Origin: Girardia tigrina
Lineage: Eukaryota
NCBI GenBank assembly: GCA_001938485.1
Contig: MQRK01181576.1
Coordinates: forward strand, 20,106 to 69,848
Reading direction: 5' to 3'
Length of the DNA stretch: 49,743 bases
The position numbers and the translations under genes were made by a program. Each line of letters opens with the position of its first letter. The first letter of the stretch is position 1. Below the pieces are notes generated by a model, which worked only from the letters and a program-made list of their open reading frames with translations, searched no databases and was not told the DNA's origin. Shown in pieces: positions 13,076-26,690 of the stretch.

Positions 13076-16000
13076 AGCAAACATGGATGAATTCGACAGT
13101 ATGGAGGATTCCCAAATGGAAGCAGGAGTGGAGAACTTCGATCCAGTAGTCCTCAACGAAGTGCTGAACTCATATTCACACAAAGTTGATAAAACGTAAG
13201 GTATTTAATATCCGAACCACCAAATAAAAATTGTTACCGCGAACCGGGATCAATTTAACCTCATTAGCGGCTAAAAGTATTAAAGTAAAAAGTTAAAAGC
13301 CTATCTAGAAATAATTATGTCAAGTTTCAGGTACAAGGAGCTCGAGGAAAAGAAAGAGTAAATATCAAATTTATATTTGTTGTTTAATGGTTTTATTGAT
13401 ATTGAGTTAATGTATTATATTATAAATCACGTTGGATTTTAATATATTTGAATAATTATCGTAATTTGACCGAAGAAAAATTCCGGTCAGTATATTGAAT
13501 TTGTGTCGAAGGTAAATTCCGAAGGTTATTTGAAAGCGACATAGTTCACATAACTCTGTTTCGTCGTGTACATATTCACGAATAGTGTACCTTTACCCCT
13601 AAGTAACATGAAGTTATTATTAATAATGACCAAATTACCTGCATGTCAAAAAGACTGACAGTCATTAATGATTAAAAGCAGAATAGATAAGTGATATTAT
13701 TTGAAATAAAAGTAATTTATTTAATTTGAGCTCATTATAAAATATTACAAACATGGCACATAATAGAAAGAATAAAGAAAATGTAGATGATATAGTGTCG
13801 TGTTCCCCTCGCTCAACAACATTTTTGTGGACCACAAAGTGAGAGCCCCCATCCGTTTTTCGAGTTCAACGGCAATTCAGTCATATACTTCACACTCCTC
13901 CATATCCGCGTCGATATTTTCTCATAATTGGGGAACAGGCGCGCCTCCACGCATATAAACGAGTTGTATGCGCTTCGGAGCGCCTTCAGATTCTAACCTG
14001 TAAAGAGTATTGCCCGACTGGTGGTCTCAGTATCCGGCGGGATTGATATTATCTCTCACTGTCGTTTAAATATTTTATTACACTAGTTTCTTAATTAAGG
14101 TGGGCGGAGAGAGCCTCGAGGAAGTAGACATCGGTCAAACCGCGTGCCCCTTGCATGCTGCGGTCGACCTGCGTCACCTCCACAAGGTTCTTCGTCACCA
14201 CTAACAATTTTCGACCATATATAAGTATTTAGTCTTTTATTACACTCGTGGTCTTTGTTTGGATTATAACTCCATTTATTTTCTTCGGAGTGTTTATTTC
14301 AATTCAACGATAAATCAATTAATTAGTTAACAATAAATTAAATTACCGCTCAATTAACACCACGCTTCAATCAATTGCTCAAATTTCTAGGCTCGAACAT
14401 ATTTACGTAATTTTCAATAACTTTATAATTTCTACATGTATTTAGTAATTTTATCATCGTATATTTAATTAGATTCTATCATGGTTTACTTAAACATTTT
14501 CAGGAATACTGGATCTCTTATTTATTCAATATCACCATCGATAATAATAATTTATAAATATCAGTTTGAAGAGATTTCTTTTCATATAAACACTTTACGG
14601 TCGTCGTAATGATGAAAAGATATGTGGGATTGGACTTTGATACACGGCTTATCTCATCAACAAACACATTCTGTGAAACCTTGATTCTGTCGTTTCCCTC
14701 GTTCAGTGCAACACTAAAAAGCCAATCATTTATTAGGGAATTCCAGTCATCGACTACTATGCCAGACATATTCATTGCCCCGGTGATGCTCTTACTTTTG
14801 CTCGAACCTAAACTAAGTTATTTTGTACCTTGTAACACTCGTTTTAAGCCAAATAGATCTTGACTCGTTAATTTCATGATATTAAAATTTAGATTTAAAC
14901 ATTTTGATTTAATAAACTAATAATAAATTAATAAATAGATAGTACGTTTTAAATAAATCAATTAACTTAAACCCTTTAACATTAAACCAATTAACATTAA
15001 CACCTTTTCAAAAAAATAAAAAATAAAATAAAATTAAGTCAATTGTTCGAACTCATACTCCTATTATATTTATAATTTCTCAACATTTAATTAATTGAAT
15101 ATATCTAGAAAATAATGTTTTCATTTATCCCATGTAACAATGATACTAACAGGCGATAAATCGATAACCTTTTTCCTATTTATTTCGGAATCAAAACAAT
15201 GATTATAGTAACAATCATAACTACCAAACGATCACCAATCGTAATATTTTAAATTATAAGATCTGTAAATCCAACTGTGCTTTAATATTTACTCTGACAT
15301 ACTACCACACCGTTGAAAAAAGAAAGACAGACGAGTACATCACACTGACTCAGTGACAAGCAAGGTCAATAATTATTCTGCTCTACTCCTTAACTTCTTA
15401 ACTGATGTTACAACACTGACTATCCGCGCAGAGGATTTTGTAAATTTTACTTTCGCTTTAATCGTTCAACCTTTTACGTTTTCACGCCCCATATTCGCAT
15501 AGCACCATCTTTATCAGAGAATTCCTCATCCACTTCTGAATACATAAATTCCCCACACTGAGTATTTATACTGCCATATTTACCCATCAACTGATTATTT
15601 ACATAGTCGTCCTTATCCATTAACATTGCTTAATTCTGAGGCTTAACTCGACGTTGACTACTACTCATATCTCCCCATTCGGTGTCCTCGTTCCTTATTA
15701 CTCTGCTAACCCTCATCCATTCAATCCATATTCTTACCTTCAAATGACTCTTCTCATCTGACCCGTTTCACATAAATCGACGGTTACCCACTCGTCTGCC
15801 TTTATTTCCTCTCGGCGGAGACATTCCGAATATCGATAAAAATTTAGTTACTTATAAACCAGAAAGTCATATCGAAAAAAATATATTGTTTCATAAAATT
15901 TTTGCATGAACAATTCATATCAGATCAATATACAAAACTTTAGATAATTATTAAATAATATGAAGAATAAAAAAATAATTAGGACAACAAAATGAAATAA

Positions 16001-16199
16001 GGAAAACTCGTGGTTACCTGAATCGTAATGGAAATTGTCTATCCTCGTTTAAAATACGCGAAATTTAAACTGCTGTGAAATTATAACGTTGTACGCAATT
16101 GTAAAATCGTTTGATTATGATTGTATAAGTTACGCCGATTCGAAATTTCGTCAAATGTCAAAATAAAGATTGAAAAATATGCAATAATAGTTGTGGTAA

Positions 16200-17215
16200 T
16201 TCTGGCAAAATTCTCTCTTGTTTGTGGTCATATGTGCAAAATGTGCCGGGTATTTATACCATGTTGTTCTACTACATTACCCGACACACTCGGGTATCTC
16301 TGTGTGCGATCCTCCAGAGACAGGATGAGATGGAGGAAGTGGTTGCAATCGCCGTATCATGTTGCGAATGTCTGTTTATCTCTCGCTTTCTACATGGATT
16401 CGCGGATGTTGCTCGGGTGAGGTATTGCGAGATTGCAATCGCATTGTTAATTACAAGTCGGCAACTAACAGGCATCTGGTAGGTCAACAGCATAGTCAGT
16501 TGATTGATGATGAACAGTTACTGACAATATAAAATAATTAAAATTATGTTTATCTAGAAATCGTTCGTCAGTAGCGAAATATAGGCAGATGTTTATTCGC
16601 TATTTCAAGACAGGAAAAAACGGAGGGGTTCGTTATCGCTTGTTAATCATTACAGGTTTATGTTATTCATTCCAGACTTGACTTATTCTGTGTTTACCTT
16701 CAGGTTGCCACCCGCATTCTACGATTATATCATTCAGGTAAGGTTATTCGCTTCGGTTTTAATTATCAGATGGCATATGTTTACCTCCCGTCTGTGGATG
16801 CGTTTAGAAAATCATGCGACTGCATGATTCACATTGAATCATCGCGGGTAAATTTTAATTAATTAGGGTTTGTTAATTAACTTTCTCTATTTTCTAAGGG
16901 TTTCAAAAGGATCTTCTGGTGATTGGGCTCAATTGGAGGTGAAACGGGACAGAGTCCAGGGAATCTTTCTCTCATGCTCTTCGTCTCTGCACGCTCGGAG
17001 CTTACTTAAAACTAACGGGGATAGTCGAGTTTGATTATACCCACAAACTATCGACAAGGTTTTCGTGCGAGCTGGATGTTGAGCATGAAGAAGGGTTTTC
17101 TCCAAATCATATGATCGTATTCGTGTCGTAACAGTAGAAAGTAGTTCTAAAGAAAATACCACAACACTTGTGAGAAAATTTTAAAAACGTTGTGATTATT
17201 TTCCCGTAGAACCAT
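16200..17215 (+). mobile_element. Decayed BEL/Pao-like integrase and C-terminal domain
   Basis: Fragmentary motifs in order: VLRDCNR (zinc finger), KRRGF/VIACL-like, and YDRIRVVTVE...LVRKF..FPVE resembling the BEL/Pao pol C-terminus. Many stops. Confidence 0.45.
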
Positions 17216-18549
17216 TTTATGGTCCCTGTGATACCTCCCAGGTCACCACGTTTTTTTACGAACGTGACTGTGTCTAGTGTTTTCACTTGTATGTCAACAA
17301 CTCTCATTGTTTATTTTTTTAGGGTGTGTTTACATTTATTTTTGTACCTCAGTACCTATTATTTTCCTTTACATGTGATGATTTTCTTCAACTTAATTAT
17401 TAATTATGAACGGTACCTATTATTTATTTTATTTTTACGATATCAATTGAATTCAATAAGAAGCTCAATGAAAGAGAGTAAAGAAAAGACCAAACGAAAG
17501 ATAGACGTCGGCAAGGTTGCCCCTCCATTATTTATTTTAACCCTGTCTGTAAATAATTAATTATAAAATTGATATTAGCAATAATATAATTTCAAAGTTA
17601 AATTTAAAAAATTTAATAAATCGATATTTTTATCAGATTAAATTTATTAACTTACCTAACGACGAAAAATTTTGTTATGAGTAATACAGTTTGTCAATCA
17701 TCTCGCCACAGTTAAAAAAAATATATAATGGGGCCCAATTCAAGTTGAATGTCAACAACTTATTGTCAATACAACCCTGTCAACAGTATTATTGTTAACG
17801 AGTCGTTTAACATTATCTCTACCTATCCTCATCAACATTTTGACTGATTTGATATCGTCATTACAAGATTATTATTAACCAGTTTGTTAAAATTTCTCTG
17901 TAAGTGTTTGTGGTTCTTTTTTTAATTAAACATATTGGGTGTAACTGATTTTTTTCCGCTTCATTTAAATGTAGTATACTGTTTAATTCCCAATACTTGG
18001 TTGATGAGTTACAACCAATTCACATTAAATCGATTTTTTTGTAAGTAAAGATAAAAATTTTATTCTTTCACAATAGCCCGAGTTTAATCTCGTAATCTTT
18101 CAGTCCCGACAAGTTTGATATATTTTGAGGATTAAAAAACGTTAGCTACAGCTTGTGGATAAACTGAGATAGAGATTATACAACGACTTCCATTATACTT
18201 AAAAGGACATACCTTGCCAGCATATAATAATTTGAAAATAAACGATATAAAAAATATAAAAGATTTAATTGTTGCACTGTATGAACTGTTAAAAAAAATG
18301 GTGGTTTGAAAATTTCGGTTTAACAATTGTCAATTTAAAAGTTTTCAATTAAAAAACAATTTAAAAAATAAAAAGTGTTTCGTGTTTGCTCTGTTTTGAA
18401 TGTCATTGGTTTGAATCAATTAATAATTTTTAATGGAAAATCGCGGTCACAATTTTTTTCAATACCAATTTTTGAAAGTGGTTTGAATTTTTCAGTGGCA
18501 AATCGCGTTTTTTTTGTTTTGAATTAGTTAAAATGTATGAATTAATTAA

Positions 18550-19130
18550 AGGGTGGATAGTTTTAGAGGAAGATTTAGAAATGGAGTGAAAAAAACAAAG
18601 GAAAATGTTTTAGAATTTTTCTTGGTATTATAAAAATTAGCAAATAAAGCCTTCGGCAGTAATACAAAAGTAGATATTATAATTCTTGATCAATTTCAGA
18701 ACGTTACGCACGATTATATAAGAAATAATAAAGATATTGATTTTTTAGTACAAAAAAGTAGACTTATTTAAACTAGAAACGTGAGCAGGGAAATTCCGAA
18801 GGAAAAACCCTCACCAATTAAAAAAAGGTACAGGGAATGATCGCCGGTACAACGAAAGTTCTGGAGGTCATTAATTCTACCAAGACGGAAGTCCGTCTAG
18901 AGGTGTGTCGAATTCGAGAAGATTCAAGAGCTAGTCTGGATCTGTTTGGGAAAAAATATCAAAATTATAATAATAACTGAAATAGTAATTATCAGAATGT
19001 TAATTTCAGAGAAACAAGTTATAGAAATAATTATGAGAAATCAAAACAGTAACGAAAGAAATGCTAATAGAAAGGGTAGATTTGGAGGTAATAGTTTTAG
19101 AGGAAGCAGAAGAGGTGGTTATGATAACTG
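18550..19130 (+). mobile_element. Decayed retrotransposon gag fragment
   Basis: RFRNGVKKTKENVLEFFLVL*KLANKAFG...ILDQF (major-homology-region-like), then an R/G/N-rich tail RKGRFGGNSFRGSRRGG. Confidence 0.55.
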
Positions 19131-20966
19131 TAATACTCCTTCTGATACTGCATTATTATTATTTTTTTGTGTGTAATCGTTGACCTAATAGACAAGCGGA
19201 TGGTGTTTGACATTTTGATTTGTATGTCGTCAATCATCATTATTTTTTTTGTGTATTTGTTTGCATGATTTTATTATTTCTTTGGGTGTGTTTTTTGCAG
19301 CGTCCGCTGTTGTCTTTCGTGTGTGGTGATTTTTTGGTCCTTGTGATATTTTATTAATAATTTTTATTTTTTTAATGTCAACATGGTTTTTTTTTGTTTT
19401 GGTTTTCTCTTGTGGCAACATTATTTTTTTGCGTTTTTACGTTGGTTTGAATTTAGTTATTTGACCATCAACTCCGCATCAAATTGGCAATATCGCTAAG
19501 GAAATATTTAAAAAGTTGAAATGTCAATAGATATATTGACCACGAATAATAATTTTGAATTTCAATTATCAAAGAACAAATTTATCTCTCAGAGATATAT
19601 ATTTTTTTCATACAACAATTATCGTGGTCCTAATAACAATACATTTTAGGAAAATTTGAAGACGTCGTTCTAACAGGAGAATTTCTCGATTTTGACTGAA
19701 ATTATTTTTTTTTCAACAATTCCAAAATCTTTGACGTTTCAATAATCGAAATATAAAAGAAAAGAGAATTTCTCAATTTTGTCGAATTTAACCTTTTATC
19801 AACTATTCATAAATCGCTGTCGTTTCAAGAAACTGATCATTGAAGAAAAGAGGTTACGGTTATATTTTTATTGTGATTGGTTTATATTATCGTTCATTTT
19901 ATTACAATATATATTTATTTTGAAATATATATTTATTTATATATTTGAAATATATATTTATTCGATATATATTTATTTAAAGATAGATATTGTGTTTTAA
20001 TTCCTGATTATTTTCATAATAAGTAATGATCAATTTGTTAATATAGCATAACTAGTACAAACAAATTGATTTTTACAAAAATCAATCTTATGATAGATAT
20101 AGGTATAATGAAAATAAACGAAGAGAAAATAGTTCATACCTAAGACAAACTAATCAGATTAATTGATAAATGAAAGAACTGCAAGACCCTAATCATGCTG
20201 TCGAATAGGTCAATAAAATAAGTGGTTTTTCTTTTTTTATAATTTATACTATTTATTTTGATTTATTAGATATATTTTTATTTAAAGGAAGCAGAATATC
20301 TCCTTTTTGATATTTAGAAAAATTTAAACTTTTTTATTAAGTTAGGATGTTTTGTACTACAAGAATAAATTAAATTCCACAAGAATTACACTCATGTGTT
20401 ACATACAAGGATCTTACATCGCATACTGTTGAGAAGAAATCATCAAGACCTTATTTATGTTAAAGTCCTCATGACAAATGAATTATTGAATATTTATTTC
20501 AAAGCTCCAGAAGTTGTTTTTGAAACACTTTTTTAACCGAAATAATAGAAACCTTACCTCAATTTTATATTTTTTTATGTGCAAAGCTTGATATCATTCG
20601 AGATTTTTTTCCATAAATAACATTTATTTAAAACGATACTCGAATTTTTTCCTCAAATATTAAAAAATAGATTAAGTACTATATAGATTTTAGGATGAAA
20701 ATTTTTTATCATAAAATCATCGCACGTAAATATAAAAGGCATTAAAACAAATTATTTATTAGATCAAAGTAACTATTATATGCATACATTAAATGATGAA
20801 CTATTTTTCGAATGAAAAAATTAAATAATGATCGATTTAATAAAAATTAGAAAATGTTCTCGATCAAATGATATTGATGCTCTCGATATCGTTGAATTAA
20901 AAATATTTGAATTATTTTTTTCGTATGATTATTGAACGGGAATCCGTGTCTCCACGTTGTTTTTGA

Positions 20967-21296
20967 AAGGAGACGGTAATAATCGTCTTTCATTTTTAAG
21001 AACACTTTAGCTTCACCGCCATTTGAAGTCACCAACAAGAACTCATCAAGTAAGGCTATTATATCAGTGCAGACTTTCAATTCTTTTTTAATTTGACTTC
21101 GGTAGGTTTTAATCAATGGAAGTCGAGAAGGATCTTTTTGTTTGATGCTACTCATTATCCTCCACGATGCTCTCCAACTTCCGATTACGTTTTTGTATGT
21201 TACGGATAATAAATTTCGCTCTTCCATATTTAATTCGCCAGTCATTTTAATGACATGTCTCACCGCATCAGTCATTTTATCATTTAAGTTTTCCAT
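20967..21296 (-). pseudogene. 14-3-3 pseudogene fragment (central helices)
   Basis: [34 protein letters not shown]...[16 protein letters not shown]. Lacks both termini; substitutions at conserved sites (A>T, R>W, G>D, Y>L) and single-codon deletions; no intron in this segment. Confidence 0.88.
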
Positions 21297-22199
21297 TAAT
21301 AAATTGAGAAGAAACATTTTTTTTATCCAAAATTTTATTGAGGAAAACACTTCTTTTTTTTTAAATTAGAATTGGAGTTCACCTTTTTTTCAAATTAAAA
21401 TTGTTATTGTGACAAATTACAATTCAACATTAACATTCAACACACATACACAACTCGCACAGCCAATTATTTTACATATCATTCACAAATTACATTCATA
21501 CACACGCACTCAGACATTCACACCAACATGCAAACAAAGAAATTACCTAAATCAAATTACATAATTACATTGACAGTGGCAGAGAAAAAATCCATTTTTT
21601 GCAACAAAGAAAATAATGAGGCTCACAATTTGCCCGATAATAAAAAAACTGCATTACAATGAAACACACCACAACGCTCGATCACTCTGGCAATTCAATC
21701 CTTATTTTAATGTATTTTATTCAAATTATTCAATTTAACCAATCCATTTAATCATTTTAATTTACCAATTTTATCATTCAATTATATATTTTATTTTATA
21801 TACTTTATTTATTTTCTTTTTATCTTTTTAATTACTTTATTTTTATTTAATGTTTTTATTTAATGAAATTTATTTATTTAATTATATATTCTATTTATAT
21901 ATCCCTAAAAATGGCAAAAATGTTCGGTCAAATTGGCAATTCTCCGCTCCAATTATAATGATTTTATGGTAACAAAGAAATAATGATGTTGGAATAAAGG
22001 TCTATGTTAAAAATAGGTTCACTAGTTAATAATGATCTAGAATATCAATGAAGCTATTTTTAATTATTAACGTGTATATAAATTCAATAATAATATATAA
22101 TTCTAAATAATTAATTGAAAGATACAAAGAAGAAAATAACGAGAATGGAGGAATAGTTAAATAATAAAATATTTTAAAGATTGTCGCTGGTTTCATCAA

Positions 22200-22560
22200 T
22201 AGGTAATATTTTCGTATTATGATGACGACAAATAATCACTCGAATAATATGAGGAGATTGGTATATGCGGATTGTCGGATTCTTTGTAAAAAATATAGTG
22301 TAATATTCGGAATGAAATTGATCATGTTTTCTTGTAGAACTGTCTTTGATCTTTTCTTCTTATCGAAATAACTTGGTAATTAAAAGGTTCGGTGAAATTA
22401 AACACTATTCGAATGTAATAACCGTTTTCCTTGATTAATTGATGGTTAGGACTTTGAACAGATGGATAAAATCTCGGTCCACGAAGAAAGATAGCTAAAT
22501 CAGCTTGAATGGATAATTATAATCTTTCGATTATAATAATCTGCAAATTCTGATCAATAA
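22200..22560 (-). mobile_element. Possible decayed Penelope-like fragment
   Basis: FVDRDF.ICSSP...IKENGYY across frameshifts resembles the PLE post-RT LVDRA..ICS...NGYP segment. Confidence 0.35.
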
Positions 22561-23289
22561 TACCATCAATTAGTTATTTTTTAAATTTTGAATCATCATA
22601 ACGACCTAAGCTCGTTATGATAAATAATTTAAATAAAAAAAATTAATAAGATAATAATTAAATTAATAATTAATTAGAGTAAAATAATAATTTATATTAA
22701 ATAATAATAATATAATTAACTTGATAATAATATAATTAGATTTTAAATGTATATAATTATAAGAGCGAACTTACAATTAATAATAAGTAAATATACTCTT
22801 ATAATAATGGTAATGAATTAGTATATTATCTAATATAAATATGTTATGTATATAAAAAATGTATTAATTTAGTATAAGTAGCATAATAACGATATAAAGT
22901 GTTTATACCGTCTATTTTACGATTTATCTGTTTCTTTTTTTGAGTTTGAAAAATGAGTTATTACTCGTAAATCTCTGTTTTGTTGTTGAATTTTAAATGC
23001 GAATTAACGATTTTCATGAGAATAAAACGATGATCAGTATTATTTTGTTGTTGAAATATCAATTTAATAATGTTATTGGGGGTCGTTCTCTTCTGTATGA
23101 AAAGTGATTGCGAAATTACTTTTTACACTAAAGACCAATTGCGATTTACTAACAATAATTGGGTCAAGCACATCTTTACCAAGACTTAGCTTCTGAATAA
23201 TTGGTGCGAGAGCGGGCGCAGTGGATGTGTGGTTGCAGCGCCTCTGGATTGAGGGGTGGACTGAGGGTCGTGGGGACAAATAAATAATT

Positions 23290-23915
23290 ATGTCACATGA
23301 TTTATCGACGATTTCAGACCCAATCTATGTGCCCTCACTAAAATGTTATCCGTTAACGAGCATCACGACGTCAATACGCACAATAATATTTGACTGGGCA
23401 CCTCGGTACTCTTCAAACACATCTACATATCTCACCGAATCAATCTCCTTGAATGAACACTTTTCTTTTGACAAATCGATTTTTTACACGTAAATCGAGA
23501 ATTTGTTGGATTAATCAATGGAAATATTTTTTCTCCATCACAATCATCAAATAAATCATAATTCAATTTAACTTCTTTACAAAAAATATCACTCAAAATC
23601 GATTGGGAAATATTGGAATTTTTAGGAAACTGCATTTCTTCCAACACCACATAACAACCGATGATTGTTGCATTACCGGGTAACATTCTGAACACATTAA
23701 GGGCCTGCTGACCGATCCATTTTGGATTAAGACTGAAGCTTGAGTTATTCTCCTCTAAATTAGGACTGTTTTCAGTTGGACATTCAATCGGAAGAGAGAC
23801 ATGTATGTTTTTTCCTTGTTTATTTCCAATCAATAATCAACAATCGATATTGAACTTGGATTTATCGAAATTGAGTAATTAGACATCGATTTTATCAAAT
23901 AGAATCAACAGTTTA
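23290..23915 (-). pseudogene. ODR4: ODR-4 homologue, N-terminal half, pseudogenised
   Basis: C(G>stop)LLIG...WIGQQALNVFRMLPGNATIIGCYV matches ODR4 GLLIG...WA.EHA.QV.RMLPGG..V.G.F. After a frameshift near 23485 it continues TCKKIDLSKEKCSFKEID. In-frame stops and 3' truncation. Confidence 0.75.
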
Positions 23916-23976
23916 AATATGCAATCAAACACATTTAATTAAAGAGCATTTATTCAAAAAAATGAATTAAAACGAA

Positions 23977-23990
23977 TTTTCGCGCCAAAA
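23977..23990. promoter_or_regulatory. Overlapping double E2F-type site upstream of ODR4
   Basis: TTTTCGCGCCAAAA contains TTTCGCGCCAAA, the DHFR-type overlapping E2F element, in AT-rich surroundings about 60 bp 5' of the ODR4 homology. Confidence 0.45.
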
Positions 23991-24174
23991 AACTTTTATT
24001 GTATTAAATTGACTCGTTAAAAGAACCAAAAAAATATATAGTTCATTCGATCGATTTACAGTCATAATAAAAATTTCGATTTGAACCTTTGTTTCTTAGA
24101 CTTTTCGTTCAATCAGAAACGACCACACAATTCCACAGTCATTCGACATATATATATATATATATATATATACT

Positions 24175-24723
24175 TATGCACACATTTTTTTAAATTCGAT
24201 TCTAACTCCTGATAAAAATATTTTATATTTTCGTTCAACAGCGGTTTTAATTTTTGACTAATCTCCAAGAATTTGGTCACAAACAGTTCCCTTGCTTTTA
24301 TTTCGTCCATACAGCAAACGATGATACAGCATGGTCGCACGAATCCACGAGCATAAATGTCCCAGAGAGTGAAGCAAACAACAAAAAATGGTATTGAGCA
24401 TAAGGGCATGCGTGGTGGCGTCAGACACGGTTTCACCCCTTTCGCACGACTGATAATCCAGACATCACCTTCAGCACAATCATATCAATTATTTCGACCG
24501 AGAGATTGTATTTCTTTGGATAAACGACAAGTGGCACCGGTCCGACGATCTCACAGAAATGAGCGAATATCAGTATTTCGTCATTTATCGATTTGTTATT
24601 CGACAATTTGTTTTCGAAATCCGATCCAACACTCGACTGAAAGATCTCTTTGTTCGGCAAATAAAAATTAGGAACTTTTTTTAACGACGATCGGTTTTTG
24701 GTCAAATAATAACCGGTGATCAT
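24175..24723 (-). pseudogene. SMCR8: SMCR8 (folliculin-family uDENN/longin) N-terminal region, frameshifted
   Basis: ILIFAHFCEIVGPVPLVVYP...LKVMS/(shift)DYQ.../(shift)FTLWDIYARGFVRPCC...ENIKYFYQELE versus SMCR8 FILISEFSEQVGPQPL...RIMSVDYQ...LTLYDLEARGFVRPFC. Two frameshifts; similarity ends at a TA microsatellite. Confidence 0.8.
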
Positions 24724-24923
24724 GATTCACCGATAAATTGATTTAGAACTAATCCATTTAGATTTGTAACACAAATTGATAATGAGATCAATTTCAAATT
24801 GTTATTCCAACAAAATATTCCGTTTGACCTTCAGTGATTATTTAAACGATTTTTTTTAATTTTTGATTTGATTTTTTATTAAATTATTTAAAATTTATCA
24901 CGAAACAATAATTCTTTTGCGCC

Positions 24924-24935
24924 CCTCTGCTACCA
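24924..24935 (-). other. Primer-binding-site-like sequence complementary to initiator tRNA-Met
   Basis: Minus strand reads TGGTAGCAGAGG, the complement of the animal tRNA-iMet 3' end (CCUCUGCUACCA). No adjacent LTR end is visible. Confidence 0.4.
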
Positions 24936-25425
24936 CCGACCGGTCTTCAAGAACATATGGGGGTCGGCCGGAACACAAAACAAATAAAAATTTCAGTAAT
25001 TGTCATTCAAATTATGAAGTGATTTTCCAGGTATAAATTTCAACATTTTAAGTTATTCGATAAGGTACAGAAGCCAATTTTTACCATCGATCAGTGACTA
25101 AAATTAACTTTATTTTTTTAATTTTATTTAATTTATTTATTTGTCTTAAATTTGATTTTGTTTAAATCAATATAAAAAATCAGTTTTTATATGATTTATT
25201 TAAAAATGAATATTGAAAATATAAAACATGATGAAAATCACAGCGATTAATTTAAGGATACTTTTAAGGTTAAATAATGTATATTAATATTTATATGTCT
25301 AATATTTCTTATAAAAATTCTCTTGAAATTAAATTTATTTAAATATTGGAGAAGCGAAATTTTAAATTGTTAAATAAAATTTCTGTGGAATTATTTTGTT
25401 CTGATTTATAATGGAAACTTCGTAC

Positions 25426-26200
25426 ATGGCAACCACAGTCAGTATTAGTAATAAGATTATAATCTGGTACCAAAAATATTTGACGGGCGCGAGGACGTCG
25501 ATTAATTAATATCAGATTCAATCAATGATGATTAAAGCATACATCATCAAGAATTTGCAGTAAACATATGAAGACCCCCATGAGAAGATCACCTGTTTTG
25601 CCAACAGACTGAGGAAAGCTTTTAAGAGACCGACATCACTAATCCAAGATGTGAATGATTTAATTAATTATCGTAAAAGAACGGATTTTGCAAACGTATT
25701 TTTAACTCATAAATTGAATAAACAGGAGTTATGTTTTATTTTTTTACTCACTTTGTGGAGGATTTATCAATAAAAACTCAAATTTATATTCAAGAAGCCA
25801 AAGTTCTGAAAGCGATCCAATTAGTAATTGAGAAAATGGAAAATTTAAAAATGGAAATACTGCCAAAAGAAATTGGCCGAATCAACAGACAGAAGACGTT
25901 TGCTATGGTTTTGAAAGACCGTTCATCATTCTCAAATTAATCCAATTTCCGGCTTATGAGGAGAGTGAATCAGAGCAATATGAGAAGTGAAACAACAATC
26001 TCCCAGGAATGATGGTAAATGTTTTATATGTTACAAATTGCAGGAAAGCTGGTCACATTCAAAAAGATTATCTAGAAAATATAAAAAATGCTACGGCTTT
26101 AGAGGTAGCAGTCACATTCTAAGATAATGTCCATACCTAAAATGTTCGGTATGTGAGGCTAATGGACACTTGGGATATCAATGTTATAGAGGTGAACATC
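25426..26200 (+). mobile_element. Decayed Gypsy-type gag with CCHC zinc knuckles, starting at a PBS
   Basis: CA|TGGCAACCAC junction; VPKIFDGREDVD..., FANRLRKAFKRPTSLIQD (shared with the 27928 copy); degenerate knuckles ending in the intact CSVCEANGHLGYQC. Confidence 0.75.
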
Positions 26201-26344
26201 AAGGATCTAGTTTCAGTCAACGCTAATAATCCTAGAACCAATACAGATCGTCGTTGGCTGGAATGGAGGAAAATTCAGATTAGGATCTGGCCACAGTGAA
26301 TATTAAACGACCGACAACTTCCAAGGCTCAGTCAATTCAAACTG

Positions 26345-26690
26345 TCTAGTGAAGTATATAAACATGTAATTTACCAGATGAATCGCTCTTGGAAAGTGTT
26401 CGTAACCTAAGTTCTTTGTTAAATCAAAATGGTTATTCTAAATCTTTTCTTGAAAAATTAATAAAGGAAACAGTGGATAAAATACTTTTGAAAGATAGTT
26501 TTAAAAAATCAGAGTTTTGCTTCTCCTGATGGATCTAAGAAAGAAATCGAAGTATCGTTAGATATTAATAATATGCTTAAGTATTGTTTAATTGTACCTC
26601 ATTCTGATGTATTTAAAAACTTTAAAAATGAATTGTTAAAAGTAACTAACAATGAATTAAATTATAAAATTATATCACGATCACGAAAGA
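26345..26690 (+). mobile_element. Penelope-like element fragment (post-RT linker)
   Basis: LLNQNGYSKSFLEKLIKETVDKI...LIVPHSD parallels the ORF at 5581. Confidence 0.55.

Noticed and set aside
14609-14863. ORF starting MMKRYVGL as a possible upstream HtrA PDZ exon
   Set aside because: Only the RYVG word resembles HtrA; no following GV..V..GSPA motif or convincing splice sites.
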